From NCBI GenBank assembly GCA_964016885.1, contig OZ024742.1, forward strand, positions 36,022,001 through 36,086,000: a stretch of 64,000 nucleotides of DNA, given 5' to 3'. Of this stretch, positions 24,390 through 39,300 are shown piece by piece. The stretch comes from Eledone cirrhosa (Eukaryota). The translations under genes and the position numbers were made by a program. The notes beneath the pieces were generated by a model. It was not told where the DNA came from, did no database searches, and was given only the letters and a program-made list of their open reading frames with translations. How positions within the stretch are numbered: the first letter of the stretch is position 1; each line of letters begins with the position of its first letter.

Positions 24390-27300
24390 TGTTGGTGGTG
24401 GTGATCATGGTTACGGTAGTGGTGTTGATTGTTCGGTAGTGATGATGGTGTTGTTGTTGTTGCTGTAGTGGTGGTAGTGATGCTGTTGATGCTGCTACAT
24501 ATTGTTAGTGGTTGTGTTGGTAGTGGTGATGGTGTTGTTGTTGTTGCTATAGTGGTAGTAGTGATGGTCACATGTTGATGCTGCTGCTGATTGTAAGTGG
24601 TGATGTTGGTGGTGGCGTACGTGTGGAGGTGGTGTTAGTGCTTATTGCTATAGACATTGTATTGGTGGTGGTCATTGTAGTGTTGTGGTTGTTGCTGTTG
24701 ATGGTAGCGGTGGTAGTGGTGGTGATGTTGGTGGTATTGATGGTAGTGGTGGTGATGTTGGTGGTATTGATGGTAGTGCTGGTGTTGTTGGTGGTATTGA
24801 TGATAGTGGTGGTGATGTTGGTGGTATTGATGGTAGTGGTGGTGATGTTGGTGGTAGTGGTGGTGATGTTGGTGGTATTGGTGGTAGTGGTGGTGATGTT
24901 GGTGGTATTGGTGGTATTGGTGGTGATGTTGGTGGTAGTGGTGGTGATGTTGGTGGTATTGATGGTAGTGGTGGTGATGTTGGTGGTAGTGGTGGTGATG
25001 TTGGTGGTATTGATGGTATTGGTGGTGAAGTTGCTGGTATTGATGGTAGTGGTGGTGATGTTGGTGGTATTGGTGGTATTGGTGGTGATGTTGGTGGTAT
25101 TGGTGGTAGTGGTGGTGATGTTGGTGGTATTGGTGGTAGTGGTGGTGATGTTGGTGGTATTGGTGGTAGTGGTGGTGATGTTGGTGGTATTGATGGTAGT
25201 GGTGGTGATGTTGGTGGTATTGGTGGTAGTGGTGGTGATGTTGGTGGTATTGATGGTAGTGGTGGTGATGTTGGTGGTATTAGTGGTAGTGGTGGTGATG
25301 TTGGTGGTATTGGTGGTAGTGGTGGTGATGTTGGTGGTATTGATGGTAGTGGTGGTGATGTTGGTGGTATTGGTGGTAGTGGTGGTGATGTTGCTGGTAT
25401 TGATGGTAGTGGTGGTGATGTTGGTGGTATTGATGGTAGTGGTGGTGATGTTGGTGGTAGTGATGGTAGTGGTGGTTATGTTGGTGGTATTGGTGGTATT
25501 GGTGGTGATGTTGGTGGTATTGGTGGTAGTGGTGGTGATGCTGGTGGTATTGGTGGTGATGTTGGTTGTATTTGTGGTAGTGGTGGTGATGTTGGTGGTA
25601 TGGGTGGTAGTGGTGGTGATGTTGCTGGTATTGATGGTAGTGGTGGTTATGTTGGTGGTATTGGTGGTATTGGTTGTGATGTTGGTGGTATTGGTGGTAG
25701 TGGTGGTGATGTTGCTGGTATTGATAGTAGTGGTGGTTATGTTGGTGGTATTGATGGTAGTGGTGGTGATGTTGGTGGTATTGGTGGTAGTGGTGGTGAT
25801 TTTGCTGGTATTGATGGTAGTGGTGGTGATGTTGGTGGTATTGGTGGTAGTGTTAGTGATGTTGGTGGTATTGGTGGTAGTGTTAGTGATGTTGGTGGTA
25901 TTGGTGGTAGTGGTGGTGATTTTGCTGGTATTGATGGTAGTGGTGGTGATGTTGGTGGTATTGGTGGTAGTGTTAGTGATGTTGGTGGTATTGGTGGTAG
26001 TGTTAGTGATGTTGGTGGTATTGATGGTAGTGGTGGTGATGTTGGTGGTATTGATGGTAGTGGTGGTGATGTTGGTGGTATTGGTGGTAGTGGTGGTGAT
26101 GTTGGTGGTATTGGTGGTAGTGGTGGTGATGTTGGTGGTATTGGTGGTAGTGGTGGTTATGTTGGTGGTATTGATGGTAGTGTTAGTGATGTTGGTGGTA
26201 TTGATGGTAGTGGTGGTGATGTTGGTGGTATTGGTGGTAGTGGTGGTGATGTTGGTGGTATTGATGGTAGTGGTGGTGATGTTGGTGGTATTGATGGTAG
26301 TGCTGGTGTTGTTGGTGGTATTGATGGTAGTGGTGGTGATGTTGGTGGTATTGATGGTAGTGCTGGTGTTGTTGGTGGTATTGATGGTAGTGGTGGTGAT
26401 GTTGGTGGTATTGATAGTAGTGGTGGTGATGTTGGTGGTATTGATGGTAGTGGTGGTGATGTTGGTGGTATTGATGGTAGTGCTGGTGTTGTTGGTGGTA
26501 TTGATGATAGTGGTGGTGATGTTGGTGGTATTGATGGTAGTGGTGGTGATGTTGGTGGTAGTGGTGGTGATGTTGGTGGTATTGGTGGTAGTGGTGGTGA
26601 TGTTGGTGGTATTGGTGGTAGTGGTGGTGATGTTGGTGGTATTGGTGGTAGTGGTGGTGATGTTGGTGGTATTGATGGTAGTGGTGGTGATGTTGGTGGT
26701 ATTGGTGGTAGTGGTGGTGATGTTGGTGGTATTGGTGGTAGTGGTGGTGATGTTGGTGGTATTGGTGGTAGTGGTGGTGATGTTGGTGGTATTGGTGGTA
26801 GTGGTGGTGATGTTGGTGGTATTGGTGGTAGTGGTGGTGATGTTGGTGGTATTGGTGGTAGTGGTGGTGATGTTGGTGGTATTGGTGGTAGTGGTGGTGA
26901 TGTTGGTGGTATTGGTGGTAGTGGTGGTGATGTTGGTGGTATTGGTGGTAGTGGTGGTGATGTTGGTGGTATTGGTGGTAGTGGTGGTGATGTTGGTGGT
27001 ATTGATGGTAGTGGTGGTGATGTTGGTGGTATTGGTGGTAGTGGTGGTGATGTTGGTGGTATTGGTGGTAGTGGTGGTGATGTTGGTGGTATTGGTGGTA
27101 GTGGTGGTGATGTTGGTGGTATTGGTGGTAGTGGTGGTGATGTTGGTGGTATTGGTGGTAGTGGTGGTGATGTTGGTGGTATTGGTGGTAGTGGTGGTGA
27201 TGTTGGTGGTATTGGTGGTAGTGGTGGTGATGTTGGTGGTATTGGTGGTAGTGGTGGTGATGTTGGTGGTATTGATGGTAGTGGTGGTGATGTTGGTGGT

Positions 27301-30300
27301 AGTGGTGGTGATGTTGGTGGTATTGATGGTATTGGTGGTGATGTTGGTGGTATTGATGGTAGTGGTGGTGATGTTGGTGGTAGTGGTGGTGATGTTGGTG
27401 GTATTGGTGGTAGTGGTGGTGATGTTGGTGGTATTGGTGGTAGTGGTGGTGATGTTGGTGGTATTGGTGGTATTGGTGGTGATGTTGGTGGTATTGGTGG
27501 TAGTGGTGGTGATGTTGGTGGTATTGGTGGTAGTGGTGGTGATGTTGGTGGTATTGGTGGTAGTGGTGGTGATGTTGGTGGTATTGGTGGTAGTGGTGGT
27601 GATGTTGGTGGTATTGGTGGTATTGGTGGTGATGTTGGTGGTATTGATGGTAGTGGTGGTGATGTTGGTGGTATTGGTGGTAGTGGTGGTGATGTTGGTG
27701 GTATTGGTGGTAGTGGTGGTGATGTTGGTGGTATTGGTGGTAGTGGTGGTGATGTTGGTGGTATTGATGGTAGTGGTGGTGATGTTGGTGGTATTGGTGG
27801 TAGTGGTGGTGATGTTGGTGGTATTGATGGTAGTGGTGGTGATGTTGGTGGTATTAGTGGTAGTGGTGGTGATGTTGGTGGTATTGGTGGTAGTGGTGGT
27901 GATGTTGGTGGTATTGATGGTAGTGGTGGTGATGTTGGTGGTATTGGTGGTAGTGGTGGTGATGTTGCTGGTATTGATGGTAGTGGTGGTGATGTTGGTG
28001 GTATTGATGGTAGTGGTGGTGATGTTGGTGGTAGTGATGGTAGTGGTGGTTATGTTGGTGGTATTGGTGGTATTGGTGGTGATGTTGGTGGTATTGGTGG
28101 TAGTGGTGGTGATGCTGGTGGTATTGGTGGTGATGTTGGTTGTATTTGTGGTAGTGGTGGTGATGTTGGTGGTATGGGTGGTAGTGGTGGTGATGTTGCT
28201 GGTATTGATGGTAGTGGTGGTTATGTTGGTGGTATTGGTGGTAGTGTTAGTGATGTTGCTGGTATTGATAGTAGTGGTGGTTATGTTGGTGGTATTGGTG
28301 GTAGTGTTAGTGATGTTGGTGGTATTGGTGGTAGTGGTGGTGATTTTGCTGGTATTGATGGTAGTGGTGGTGATGTTGGTGGTATTGGTGGTAGTGTTAG
28401 TGATGTTGGTGGTATTGGTGGTAGTGTTAGTGATGTTGGTGGTATTGATGGTAGTGGTGGTGATGTTGGTGGTATTGATGGTAGTGGTGGTGATGTTGGT
28501 GGTATTGATGGTAGTGGTGGTGATGTTGGTGGTATTGGTGGTAGTGGTGGTGATGTTGGTGGTATTGGTGGTAGTGGTGGTGATGTTGGTGGTATTGATG
28601 GTAGTGGTGGTGATGTTGGTGGTATTGGTGGTAGTGGTGGTGATGTTGGTGGTATTGATGGTAGTGGTGGTGATGTTGGTGGTATTGATGGTAGTGGTGG
28701 TGATGTTGGTGGTATTGGTGGTAGTGGTGGTGATGCTGGTGGTATTGGTGGTGATGTTGGTTGTATTTGTGGTAGTGGTGGTGATGTTGGTGGTATGGGT
28801 GGTAGTGGTGGTGATGTTGCTGGTATGGGTGGTAGTGGTGGTGATGTTGGTGGTATTGATGGTAGTGGTGGTGATGTTGGTGGTAGTGATGGTAGTGGTG
28901 GTTATGTTGGTGGTATTGGTGGTATTGGTTGTGATGGTGGTATTGGTGGTAGTGGTGGTGATGTTGCTGGTATTGATAGTAGTGGTGGTTATGTTGGTGG
29001 TATTGGTGGTAGTGTTAGTGATGTTGGTGGTATTGGTGGTAGTGGTGGTGATTTTGCTGGTATTGATGGTAGTGGTGGTGATGTTGGTGGTATTGGTGGT
29101 AGTGTTAGTGATGTTGGTGGTATTGGTGGTAGTGTTAGTGATGTTGGTGGTATTGATGGTAGTGGTGGTGATGTTGGTGGTATTGATGGTAGTGGTGGTG
29201 ATGTTGGTGGTATTGGTGGTAGTGGTGGTGATGTTGGTGGTATTGGTGGTAGTGGTGGTGATGTTGGTGGTATTGGTGGTAGTGGTGGTTATGTTGGTGG
29301 TATTGATGGTAGTGTTAGTGATGTTGGTGGTATTGATGGTAGTGGTGGTGATGTTGGTGGTATTGATAGTAGTGGTGGTGATGTTGGTGGTATTGATGGT
29401 AGTGGTGGTAATGTTGGTGGTATTGGTGGTAGTGGTGGTGATGTTGGTGGTATTGGTGGTAGTGGTGGTGATTTTGCTGGTATTGATGGTAGTGGTGGTG
29501 ATGTTGGTGGTATTGATGGTAGTGGTGGTGATGTTGGTGGTATTGATGGTAGTGGTGGTGATGTTGCTGGTATTGGTGGTATTGGTGGTGATGTTGGTGG
29601 TATTGGTGGTAGTGGTGGTTATGTTGGTGGTATTGGTGTTAGTGGTGGTGATGCTGGTGGTATTGATGGTAGTGGTGGTGATGTTGGTGGTAGTGATGGT
29701 AGTGGTGGTTATGTTGGTGGTATTGGTGGTATTGGTTGTGATGTTGGTGGTATTGGTGGTAGTGGTGGTGATGTTGGTTGTATTTGTGGTAGTGGTGGTG
29801 ATGTTGGTGGTATGGGTGGTAGTGGTGGTGATGTTGGTGGTATTGGTGGTAGTGGTGGTGATGTTGGTGGTATTGGTGGTAGTGGTGTGGATGTTGGATG
29901 TATTGGTGGTAGTGGTGGTGATGTTGGTGGTATTGATGGTAGTGGTGGTGATGTTGGTGGTAGTGGTGGTGATGTTGGTGGTATTGATGGTAGTGGTGGT
30001 GATGTTGGTGGTATTGGTAGTAGTGGTGGTGATGTTGGTGGTATTGGTGGTAGTGGTGATGATGTTGGTGGTATTGGTGGTAGTGGTGGTGATGTTGGTG
30101 GTATTGATGGTAGTGGTGGTGATGTTGGTGGTATTGGTGGTAGTGGTGGTGATGTTGGTGGTATTGGTGGTAGTGGTGTGGATGTTGGTGGTAGTGATGG
30201 TAGTGGTGGTTATGTTGGTGGTATTGATGGTAGTGGTGGTGAAGTTGGTGGTATTGATGGTAGTGGTGGTGATGTTGGTGGTATTGATGGTAGTGGTGGT

Positions 30301-33300
30301 GATATTGGTGGTATTGATGGTAGTGGTGGGGATGTTGGTGGTAGTGGTGGTGATGTTGGTGGTATTGATGGTAGTGGTGGTGATGTTGGTGGTAGTGATG
30401 GTAGTGGTGGTGATGTTGGTGGTATTGATGGTAGTGGTGGTGATGTTGGTGGTATTGATGGTAGTGGTGGTTATGTTGGTGGTATTGGTGGTATTGGTTG
30501 TGATGGTGGTATTGGTGGTAGTGGTGGTGATGCTGGTGGTATTGGTGGTGATGTTGGTTGTATTTGTGGTAGTGGTGGTGATGTTGGTGGTATGGGTGGT
30601 AGTGGTGGTGATGTTGGTGGTATGGGTGGTAGTGGTGGTGATGTTGGTGGTATTGATGGTAGTGGTGGTGATGTTGGTGGTATCGATGGTAGTGGTGGTG
30701 ATGTTGCTGGTATTGATAGTAGTGGTGGTGATGTTGGTGGTATTGGTGGTAGTGGTTGTATTAATGGTAGTGGTGGTGATGCTGGTGGTATTGGTGGTGA
30801 TGTTGGTTGTATTTGTGGTAGTGGTGGTGATGTTGGTGGTATGGGTGGTAGTGGTGGTGATGTTGGTGGTATGGGTGGTAGTGGTGGTGATGTTGGTGGT
30901 ATTGATGGTAGTGGTGGTGATGTTGGTGGTATTGATGGTAGTGGTGGTGATGTTGGTGGTTTTGATGGTAGTGGTGGTATTAATGGTAGTGGTGGTGATA
31001 TTGATGGGATTGATGGTAGTGGTGGTATTAATGGTAGTGGTGGTGATTTATGGTGGTATTGATGGTAGTGGTGGTGATGTTGGTGTTATTGATGGTAGTG
31101 GTGGTATTAATGGTAGTGTTGGTGATGTTGGTGGTTTTGATGGTAGTGGTGGTGATGTTGGTGGTATTGATGGTAGTGGTGGTGATGTTGGTGGTATTGG
31201 TGGTAGTGGTGGTGATGTTGGTGGTATTGATGGTAGTGGTGGTGATGTTGGTGGTATTGATGGTAGTGGTGGTATTAATGGTAGTGGTGGTGATTTATGG
31301 TGGTATTGATGGTAGTGGTGGTGATGTTGGTGTTATTGATGGTAGTGGTGGTATTAATGGTAGTGTTGGTGATGTTGGTGGTTTTGATGGTAGTGGTGGT
31401 GATGTTGGTGGTATTGATGGTAGTGGTGGTGATGTTGGTGGTATTGGTGGTAGTGGTGGTGATGTTGGTGGTATTGATGGTAGTGGTGGTGATGTTGGTG
31501 GTATTGATGGTAGTGGTGGTGATGTTGGTGGTATTGGTGGTAGTGGTGTGGATGTTGGTGGTAGTGATGGTAGTAGTGGTTATGTTGGTGGTATTGATGG
31601 TAGTGGTGGTGATGTTGGTGGTATTGATGGTAGTGGTCGTGATGTTGGTGGTATTGGTGGTAGTGGTGGTGATGATGGTAGTGGTGGTGATGTTGGTGGT
31701 ATTGATGGTAGTGGTGGTGATGTTGGTGGTATTGATGGTAGTGGTGGTGATGTTGGTGGTATTGATGGTAGTGGTGGTTATGTTGGTGGTATTAATAGTA
31801 GTGGTGGTGATGTTGGTGGTATTGGTGGTAGTGGTGGTGATGTTGGTGGTATTAATGGTAGTGGCGGTGATGTTGCTGGTATTGATGGTAGTGGTGGTGA
31901 TGTTGGTGGTATTGGTGGTAGTGGTGGTGATGTTGGTGGTATTGGTGGTAGTGGTGGTGATGTTGGTGGTATTGATGGTAGTGGTGGTGATGTTGGTGGT
32001 ATTGATGGTAGTGGTGGTGATGTTGGTGGTATTGGTGGTAGTGGTGTGGATGTTGGTGGTAGTGATGGTAGTGGTGGTGATGTTGGTGGTATTGGTGGTA
32101 TTGGTGGTGATGTTGTTGGTATTGATGGTAGTGGTGGTGATGTTGGTGGTATTGATGGTAGTGGTGGTGATGTTGGTGGTATTGATGGTAGTGGTGGTGA
32201 TGTTGGTGGTATTGGTGGTAGTGGTGGTGATGTTGGTGGTATTGGTGGTAGTGGTGGTGATGTTGGTGGTATTGATGGTAGTGGTGGTGATGTTGGTGGT
32301 ATTGATGGTAGTGGTGGTGATGTTGGTGGTATTGGTGGTAGTGGTGGTGATGTTGGTGGTATTGGTGGTAGTGGTGGTGATGTTGGTGGTATTGATGGTA
32401 GTGGTGGTGATGTTGGTGGTATTGATGGTAGTGGTGGTGATGTTGGTGGTATTGATGGTAGTGGTGGTGATGTTGGTGGTATTGATGGTAGTGGTGGTGA
32501 TGTTGGTGGTATTGATGGTAGTGGTGGTGATGTTGGTGGTATTGGTGGTAGTGGTGGTGATGTTGGTGGTATTGGTGGTAGTGGTGGTGATGTTGGTGGT
32601 ATTGATGGTAGTGGTAGTGATGTTGGTGGTAGTGATGGTAGTGGTGGTTATGTTGGTGGTATTGATGGTAGTGGTGGTGATGTTGGTGGTATTGGTGGTA
32701 GTGGTGGTATTGATGGTAGTGGTGGTGATGTTGGTGGTATTGATGGTAGTGGTGGTGATGTTGGTGGTATTGATGGTATTGGTGGTGATGTTGTTGGTAT
32801 TGATGGTAGTGGTGGTGATGTTGGTGGTATTGGTGGTATTGGTGGTGATGTTGTTGGTATTGATGGTAGTGGTGGTGATGTTGGTGGTATTGATGGTAGT
32901 GGTGGTGATGTTGTTGGTATTGATGGTAGTGGTGGTGATGTTGGTGGTATTGATGGTAGTGGTGGTGATGTTGGTGGTATTGATGGTAGTGGTGGTGATG
33001 TTGGTGGTATTGGTGGTAGTGGTGGTGATGTTGGTGGTATTGATGGTAGTGGTGGTAATGTTGGTGGTATTGGTGGTAGTGGTGGTATTAATGGTAGTGG
33101 TGGTAATGTTGGTGGTATTGATGGTAGTGTTGGTGATGTTGGTGGTTTTGATGGTAGTGGTGGTGATGTTGGTGGTATTGGTGGTAGTGGTGGTGATGTT
33201 GGTGGTATTGGTGGTAGTGGTGGTGATGTTGGTGGTATTGGCGGTAGTGGTGGTGATGTTGGTGGTATTGATGGTAGTGGTGGTGATGTTGGTGGTATTG

Positions 33301-36300
33301 GTGGTAGTGGTGGTGATGTTGGTGGTATTGATGGTAGTGGTGGTGATGTTGGTGGTATTGGTGGTAGTGGTGGTGATGTTGGTGGTATTGGTGGTAGTGG
33401 TGTTGATGTTGGTGGTATTGGTGGTAGTGGTGGTGATGTTGGTGGTATTGGTGGTAGTGGTGGTGATGTTGGTGGTATTGATGGTAGTGGTGGTGATGTT
33501 GGTGGTATTAATGGTAGTGGTGGTGATGTTGGTGGTATTGATGGTAGTGGTGGTATTAATGGTAGTGGTGGTGATGTTGGTGGTATTGATGGTAGTGGTG
33601 GTATTAATGGTAGTGGTGGTGATGTTGGTGGTATTGATGGTAGTGGTGGTGATGTTGGTGGTATTGATGGTAGTGGTGGTATTAATGGTAGTGGTGGTGA
33701 TGTTGGTGGTATTGATGGTAGTGGTGGTATTAATGGTAGTGGTGGTGATGTTGATGGTATTGATGGTAGTGGTGGTGATGTTGGTGGTATTGATGGTAGT
33801 GGTGGTGATGTTGGTGGTATTGGTGGTAGTGGTGGTATTAATGGTAGTGGTGGTGATGTTGGTGGTATTGATGGTAGTGGTGGTATTTATGGTAGTGGTG
33901 GTGATGTTGGTGGTATTGGTGGTAGTGGTGGTATTAATGGTAGTGGTGGTGATGTTGGTGGTATTGATGGTAGTGGTGGTATTAATGGTAGTGGTGGTGA
34001 TGTTGATGGTATTGATGGTAGTGGTGGTGATGTTGGTGGTATTGATGGTAGTGGTGGTGATGTTGGTGGTATTGGTGGTAGTGGTGGTATTAATGGTAGT
34101 GGTGGTGATGTTGGTGGTATTGATGGTAGTGGTGGTATTTATGGTAGTGGTGGTGATGTTGGTGGTATTGGTGGTAGTGGTGGTATTAATGGTAGTGGTG
34201 GTGATGTTGATGGTGGTGGTAGTGGTGGTATTAATGGTAGTGGTGGTGATGTTGGTGTTATTGGTGGTAGTGGTGGTATTAATGGTAGTGGTGGTGATGT
34301 TGGTGTTATTGATGGTTATGGTAGTATTAATGGTAGTGGTGGTGATGTTGGTGGTATTGGTGGTAGTGGTGGTATTAATGGTAGTGGTGGTGATGTTGGT
34401 TGTATTGGTGGTAGTGGTGGTATTAATGGTAGTGGTGGTGATGTTGATGGTATTGGTGGTAGTGGTGGTATTAATGGTAGTGGTGGTGATGTTGATGGTA
34501 TTGGTGGTAGTGGTGGTGATGTTGATGGTATTGGTGGTAGTGGTGGTATTAATGGTAGTGGTGGTGATGTTGATGGTATTGGTGGTAGTGGTGGTATTAA
34601 TGGTAGTGGTGGTGATGTTGGTTGTATTGGTGGTAGTGGTGGTATTAATGGTAGTGGTGGTGATGTTGATGGTATTGGTGGTAGTGGTGGTGATGTTGGT
34701 GGTATTGGTGGTAGTGGTGGTATTAATGGTAGTGGTGGTGATGTTGATGGTATTGGTGGTAGTGGTGGTATTAATGGTAGTGGTGGTGATGTTGGTTGTA
34801 TTGGTGGTAGTGGTGGTATTAATGGTAGTGGTGGTGATGTTGATGGTATTGGTGGTAGTGGTGGTGATGTTGGTTGTATTGGTGGTAGTGGTGGTGATGT
34901 TGGTGGTATTGGTGGTAGTGGTGGTATTAATGGTAGTGGTGGTGATGTTGATGGTATTGGTGGTAGTGGTGGTATTAATGGTAGTGGTGGTGATGTTGGT
35001 GTTATTGGTCGTAGTGGTTGTATTAATGGTAGTGGTGGTGATGTTGATGGTATTGGTGGTAGTGGTGGTATTAATGGTAGTGGTGGTGATGTTGATGGTA
35101 TTGATGGTAGTGGTGGTATTAATGGTAGTGGTGGTGATGTTGGTGTTATTGATGGTAGTGGTGGTGATGTTGGTGGTATTGATGGTAGTGGTGGTGATGT
35201 TGGTGGTATTGATGTTAGTGGTGGTGATGTTGGTGGTATTGATGGTAGTGGTGGTGATGTTGGTGGTATTGATGGTAGTGGTGGTTATGTTGGTGGTATT
35301 GATGGTAGTTGTGGTGATGTTGGTGGTATTGATGGTAGTGGTGGTGATGTTGGTGGTATTGGTGGTAGTGGTGGTGATGTTGGTTGTATTAATGGTAGTG
35401 GTGGTGATGTTGGTGGTATTGATGGTAGTGGTGGTGATGTTGGTGGTATTGATAGTAGTGGTGGTGATGTTGGTGGTATTGATGGTAGTGGTGGTGATGT
35501 TGGTGGTATTGATGGTAGTGGTGGTGATGTTGGTTGTATTAATGTTAGTGGTGGTGATGTTGGTTGTATTAATGGTAGTGGTGGTGATGTTGGTGGTATT
35601 GATGGTAGTGGTGGTGATGTTGGTGGTATTGATAGTAGTGGTGGTGATGTTGGTGGTATTGATGGTAGTGGTGGTGATGTTGGTGGTATTGATGGTAGTG
35701 GTGGTGATGTTGGTGGTAGTGGCGGTATTAATGGTAGTGGTGGTGATGTTGGTGGTATTGATGGTAGTGGTGGTATTAATGGTAGTGGTGGTGATGTTGA
35801 TGGTATTGATGGTAGTGGTGGTGATGTTGGTGGTATTGATGGTAGTGGTGGTGATGTTGGTGGTATTGGTGGTAGTGGTGGTATTAATGGTAGTGGTGGT
35901 GATGTTGGTGGTATTGATGGTAGTGGTGGTATTTATGGTAGTGGTGGTGATGTTGGTGGTATTGGTGGTAGTGGTGGTATTAATGGTAGTGGTGGTGATG
36001 TTGATGGTGGTGGTAGTGGTGGTATTAATGGTAGTGGTGGTGATGTTGGTGTTATTGGTGGTAGTGGTGGTATTAATGGTAGTGGTGGTGATGTTGGTGT
36101 TATTGATGGTTATGGTAGTATTAATGGTAGTGGAGGTGATGTTGGTGGTATTGGTGGTAGTGGTGGTATTAATGGTAGTGGTGGTGATGTTGGTTGTATT
36201 GGTGGTAGTGGTGGTATTAATGGTTGTGTTGGTGATGTTGGTGTTATTGATGGTATGGAGGTAGTGGTGGTATTGATGGTAGTGGTGGTGATGTTGGTTG

Positions 36301-39300
36301 TATTGGTGGTAGTGGTGGTATTAATGGTAGTGGTGGTGATGTTGGTGTTATTGATGGTAGTGGTGGTATTAATGGTAGTGGTGGTGATGTTGGTGTTATT
36401 GATGGTAGTGGTGGTATTAATGGTAGTGGTGGTGATGTTGATGGTATTGGTGGTAGTGGTGGTATTAATGGTAGTGGTGGTGATGTTGATGGTATTGATG
36501 GTAGTGGTGGTATTAATGGTAGTGGTGGTGATGTTGATGGTATTGGTGGTAGTGGTGGTATTAATGGTAGTGGCGGTGATGTTGATGGTATTGGTGGTAG
36601 TTGTGGTATTAATGGTAGTGGTGGTGATGTTGATGGTATTGATGGTAGTGGTGGTATTAATGGTAGTGGTGGTGATGTTGGTGTTATTGATGGTAGTGGT
36701 GGTATTAATGGTAGTGGTGCTGATGTTGGTGTTATTGATGGTAGTGGTGGTATTAATGGTAGTGGTGGTGATGTTGATGGTATTGGTGGTAGTGGTGGTG
36801 ATGTTGATGGTATTGGTGGTAGTGGTGGTATTAATGGTAGTGGTGGTGATGTTGGCTGTATTGGTGGTAGTGGTGGTATTAATGGTAGTGGTGGTGATGA
36901 TGATGGTATTGGTGGTAGTGGTGGTATTAATGGTAGTGGTGGTGATGTTGGTTGTATTGGTGGTAGTGGTGGTATTAATGGTAGTGGTGGTGATGTTGAT
37001 GGTATTGGTGGTAGTGGTGGTATTATTGGTAGTGGTGGTGATGTTGGTGGTATTGGTGGTAGTGGTGGTATTAATGGTAGTGGTGGTGATGTTGATGGTA
37101 TTGGTGGTAGTGGTGGTATTAATGGTAGTGGTGGTGATGTTGTTTGTATTGGTGGTAGTGGTGGTATTAATGGTAGTGGTGGTGATGTTGATGGTATTGG
37201 TGGTAGTGGTGGTATTATTGGTAGTGGTGGTGATGTTGGTGGTATTGGTGGTAGTGGTCGTATTAATGGTAGTGGTGGTGATGTTGGTGGTATTGATGGT
37301 AGTGGTGGTATTAATGGTAGTGGTGGTGATGTTGATGGTATTGATGGTAGTGGTGGTATTAATGGTAGTGGTGGTGATGTTGATGGTATTGATGGTAGTG
37401 GTGGTATTAATGGTAGTGGTGGTGATGTTGGTGGTATTGATGGTAGTGGTGGTATTAATGGTAGTGGTGGTGATGTTGGTGGTATTGATGGTAGTGGTGG
37501 TATTAATGGTAGTGGTGGTGATGTTGGTGGTATTGATGGTAGTGGTGGTATTAATGGTAGTGGTGGTGATGTTGGTGGTATTGGTGGTAGTGGTGGTATT
37601 AATGGTAGTGGTGGAAATGTTGATGGTATTGATGGTAGTGGTGGTATTAATGGTAGTGGTGGTGATGTTGGTGGTATTGATGGTAGTGGTGGTATTAATG
37701 GTAGTGGTGGTGATGTTGGTGGTATTGATGGTAGTGGTGGTATTAATGGTAGTGGTGGTGATGTTGGTGGTATTGATGGTAGTGGTGGTATTAATGGTAG
37801 TGGTGGTGATGTTGGTGGTATTGGTGGTAGTGGTGGTATTAATGGTAGTGGTGGAAATGTTGATGGTATTGATGGTAGTGGTGGTATTAATGGTAGTGGT
37901 GGTGATGTTGGTGGTATTGATGGTAGTGGTGGTATTAATGGTAGTGGTGGTGATGTTGGTGGTATTGATGGTAGTGGTGGTATTAATGGTAGTGGTGGTG
38001 ATGTTGGTGGTATTGATGGTAGTGGTGGTATTAATGGTAGTGGTGGTGATGTTGGTGGTATTGATGGTAGTGGTGGTATTAATGGTAGTGGTGGTGATGT
38101 TGGTGGTATTGGTGGTAGTGGTGGTATTAATGGTAGTGGTGGAAATGTTGATGGTATTGATGGTAGTGGTGGTATTAATGGTAGTGGTGGTGATGTTGGT
38201 GGTGTTGATGGTAGTGGTGGTATTAATGGTAGTGGTGGTGATGTTGGTGGTATTGATGGTAGTGGTGGTATTAATGGTAGTGGTGGTGATGTTGGTGGTA
38301 TTGATGGTAGTGGTGGTATTAATGGTAGTGGTGGTGATGTTGGTGGTATTGGTGGTAGTGGTGGTATTAATGGTAGTGGTGGTGATGTTGGTGGTATTGA
38401 TGGTAGTGGTGGTATTAATGGTAGTGGTGGTGATGTTGGTGGTGTTGATGGTAGTGGTGGTATTAATGGTAGTGGTGGTGATGTTGGTGGTATTGATGGT
38501 AGTGGTGGTATTAATGGTAGTGGTGGTGATGTTGGTGGTATTGGTGGTAGTTGTGGTATTAATGGTAGTGGTGGTGATGTTGGTGGTATTGATGGTAGTG
38601 GTGGTATTAATGGTAGTGGTGGAAATGTTGGTGGTATTGATGGTAGTGGTGGTATTAATGGTAGTGGTGGTGATGTTGGTGGTGTTGATGGTAGTGGTGG
38701 TATTAATGGTAGTGGTGGTGATGTTGGTGGTATTGATGGTAGTGGTGGTATTAATGGTAGTGGTGGTGATGTTGGTGGTATTGGTGGTAGTTGTGGTATT
38801 AATGGTAGTGGTGGTGATGTTGGTGGTATTGATGGTAGTGGTGGTATTAATGGTAGTGGTGGTGATGTTGATGGTATTGATGGTAGTGGTGGTGATGTTG
38901 GTGGTATTGGTGGTAGTGGTGGTATTAATGGTAGTGGTGGTGATGTTGGTGGTATTGATGGTAGTGGTGGTATTAATGGTAGTGTTGGTGATGTTGGTGG
39001 TATTGGTGGTAGTGGTGGTATTAATGGTAGTGGTGGTGATGTTGGTGGTATTGATGGTAGTGGTGGTATTAATGGTAGTGGTGGTGATGTTGGTGGTATT
39101 GGTGGTAGTGGTGGTAGTGGTGGTATTAATGGTAGTGGTGGTGATGTTGGTGGTATTGATGGTAGTGGTGGTATTAATGGTAGTGGTGGTGATGTTGGTG
39201 GTATTGGTGGTAGTGGTGGTATTAATGGTAGTGGTGGTGATGTTGGTGGTATTGGTGGTAGTGGTGGTATTAATGGTAGTGGTGGTGATGTTGGTGGTAT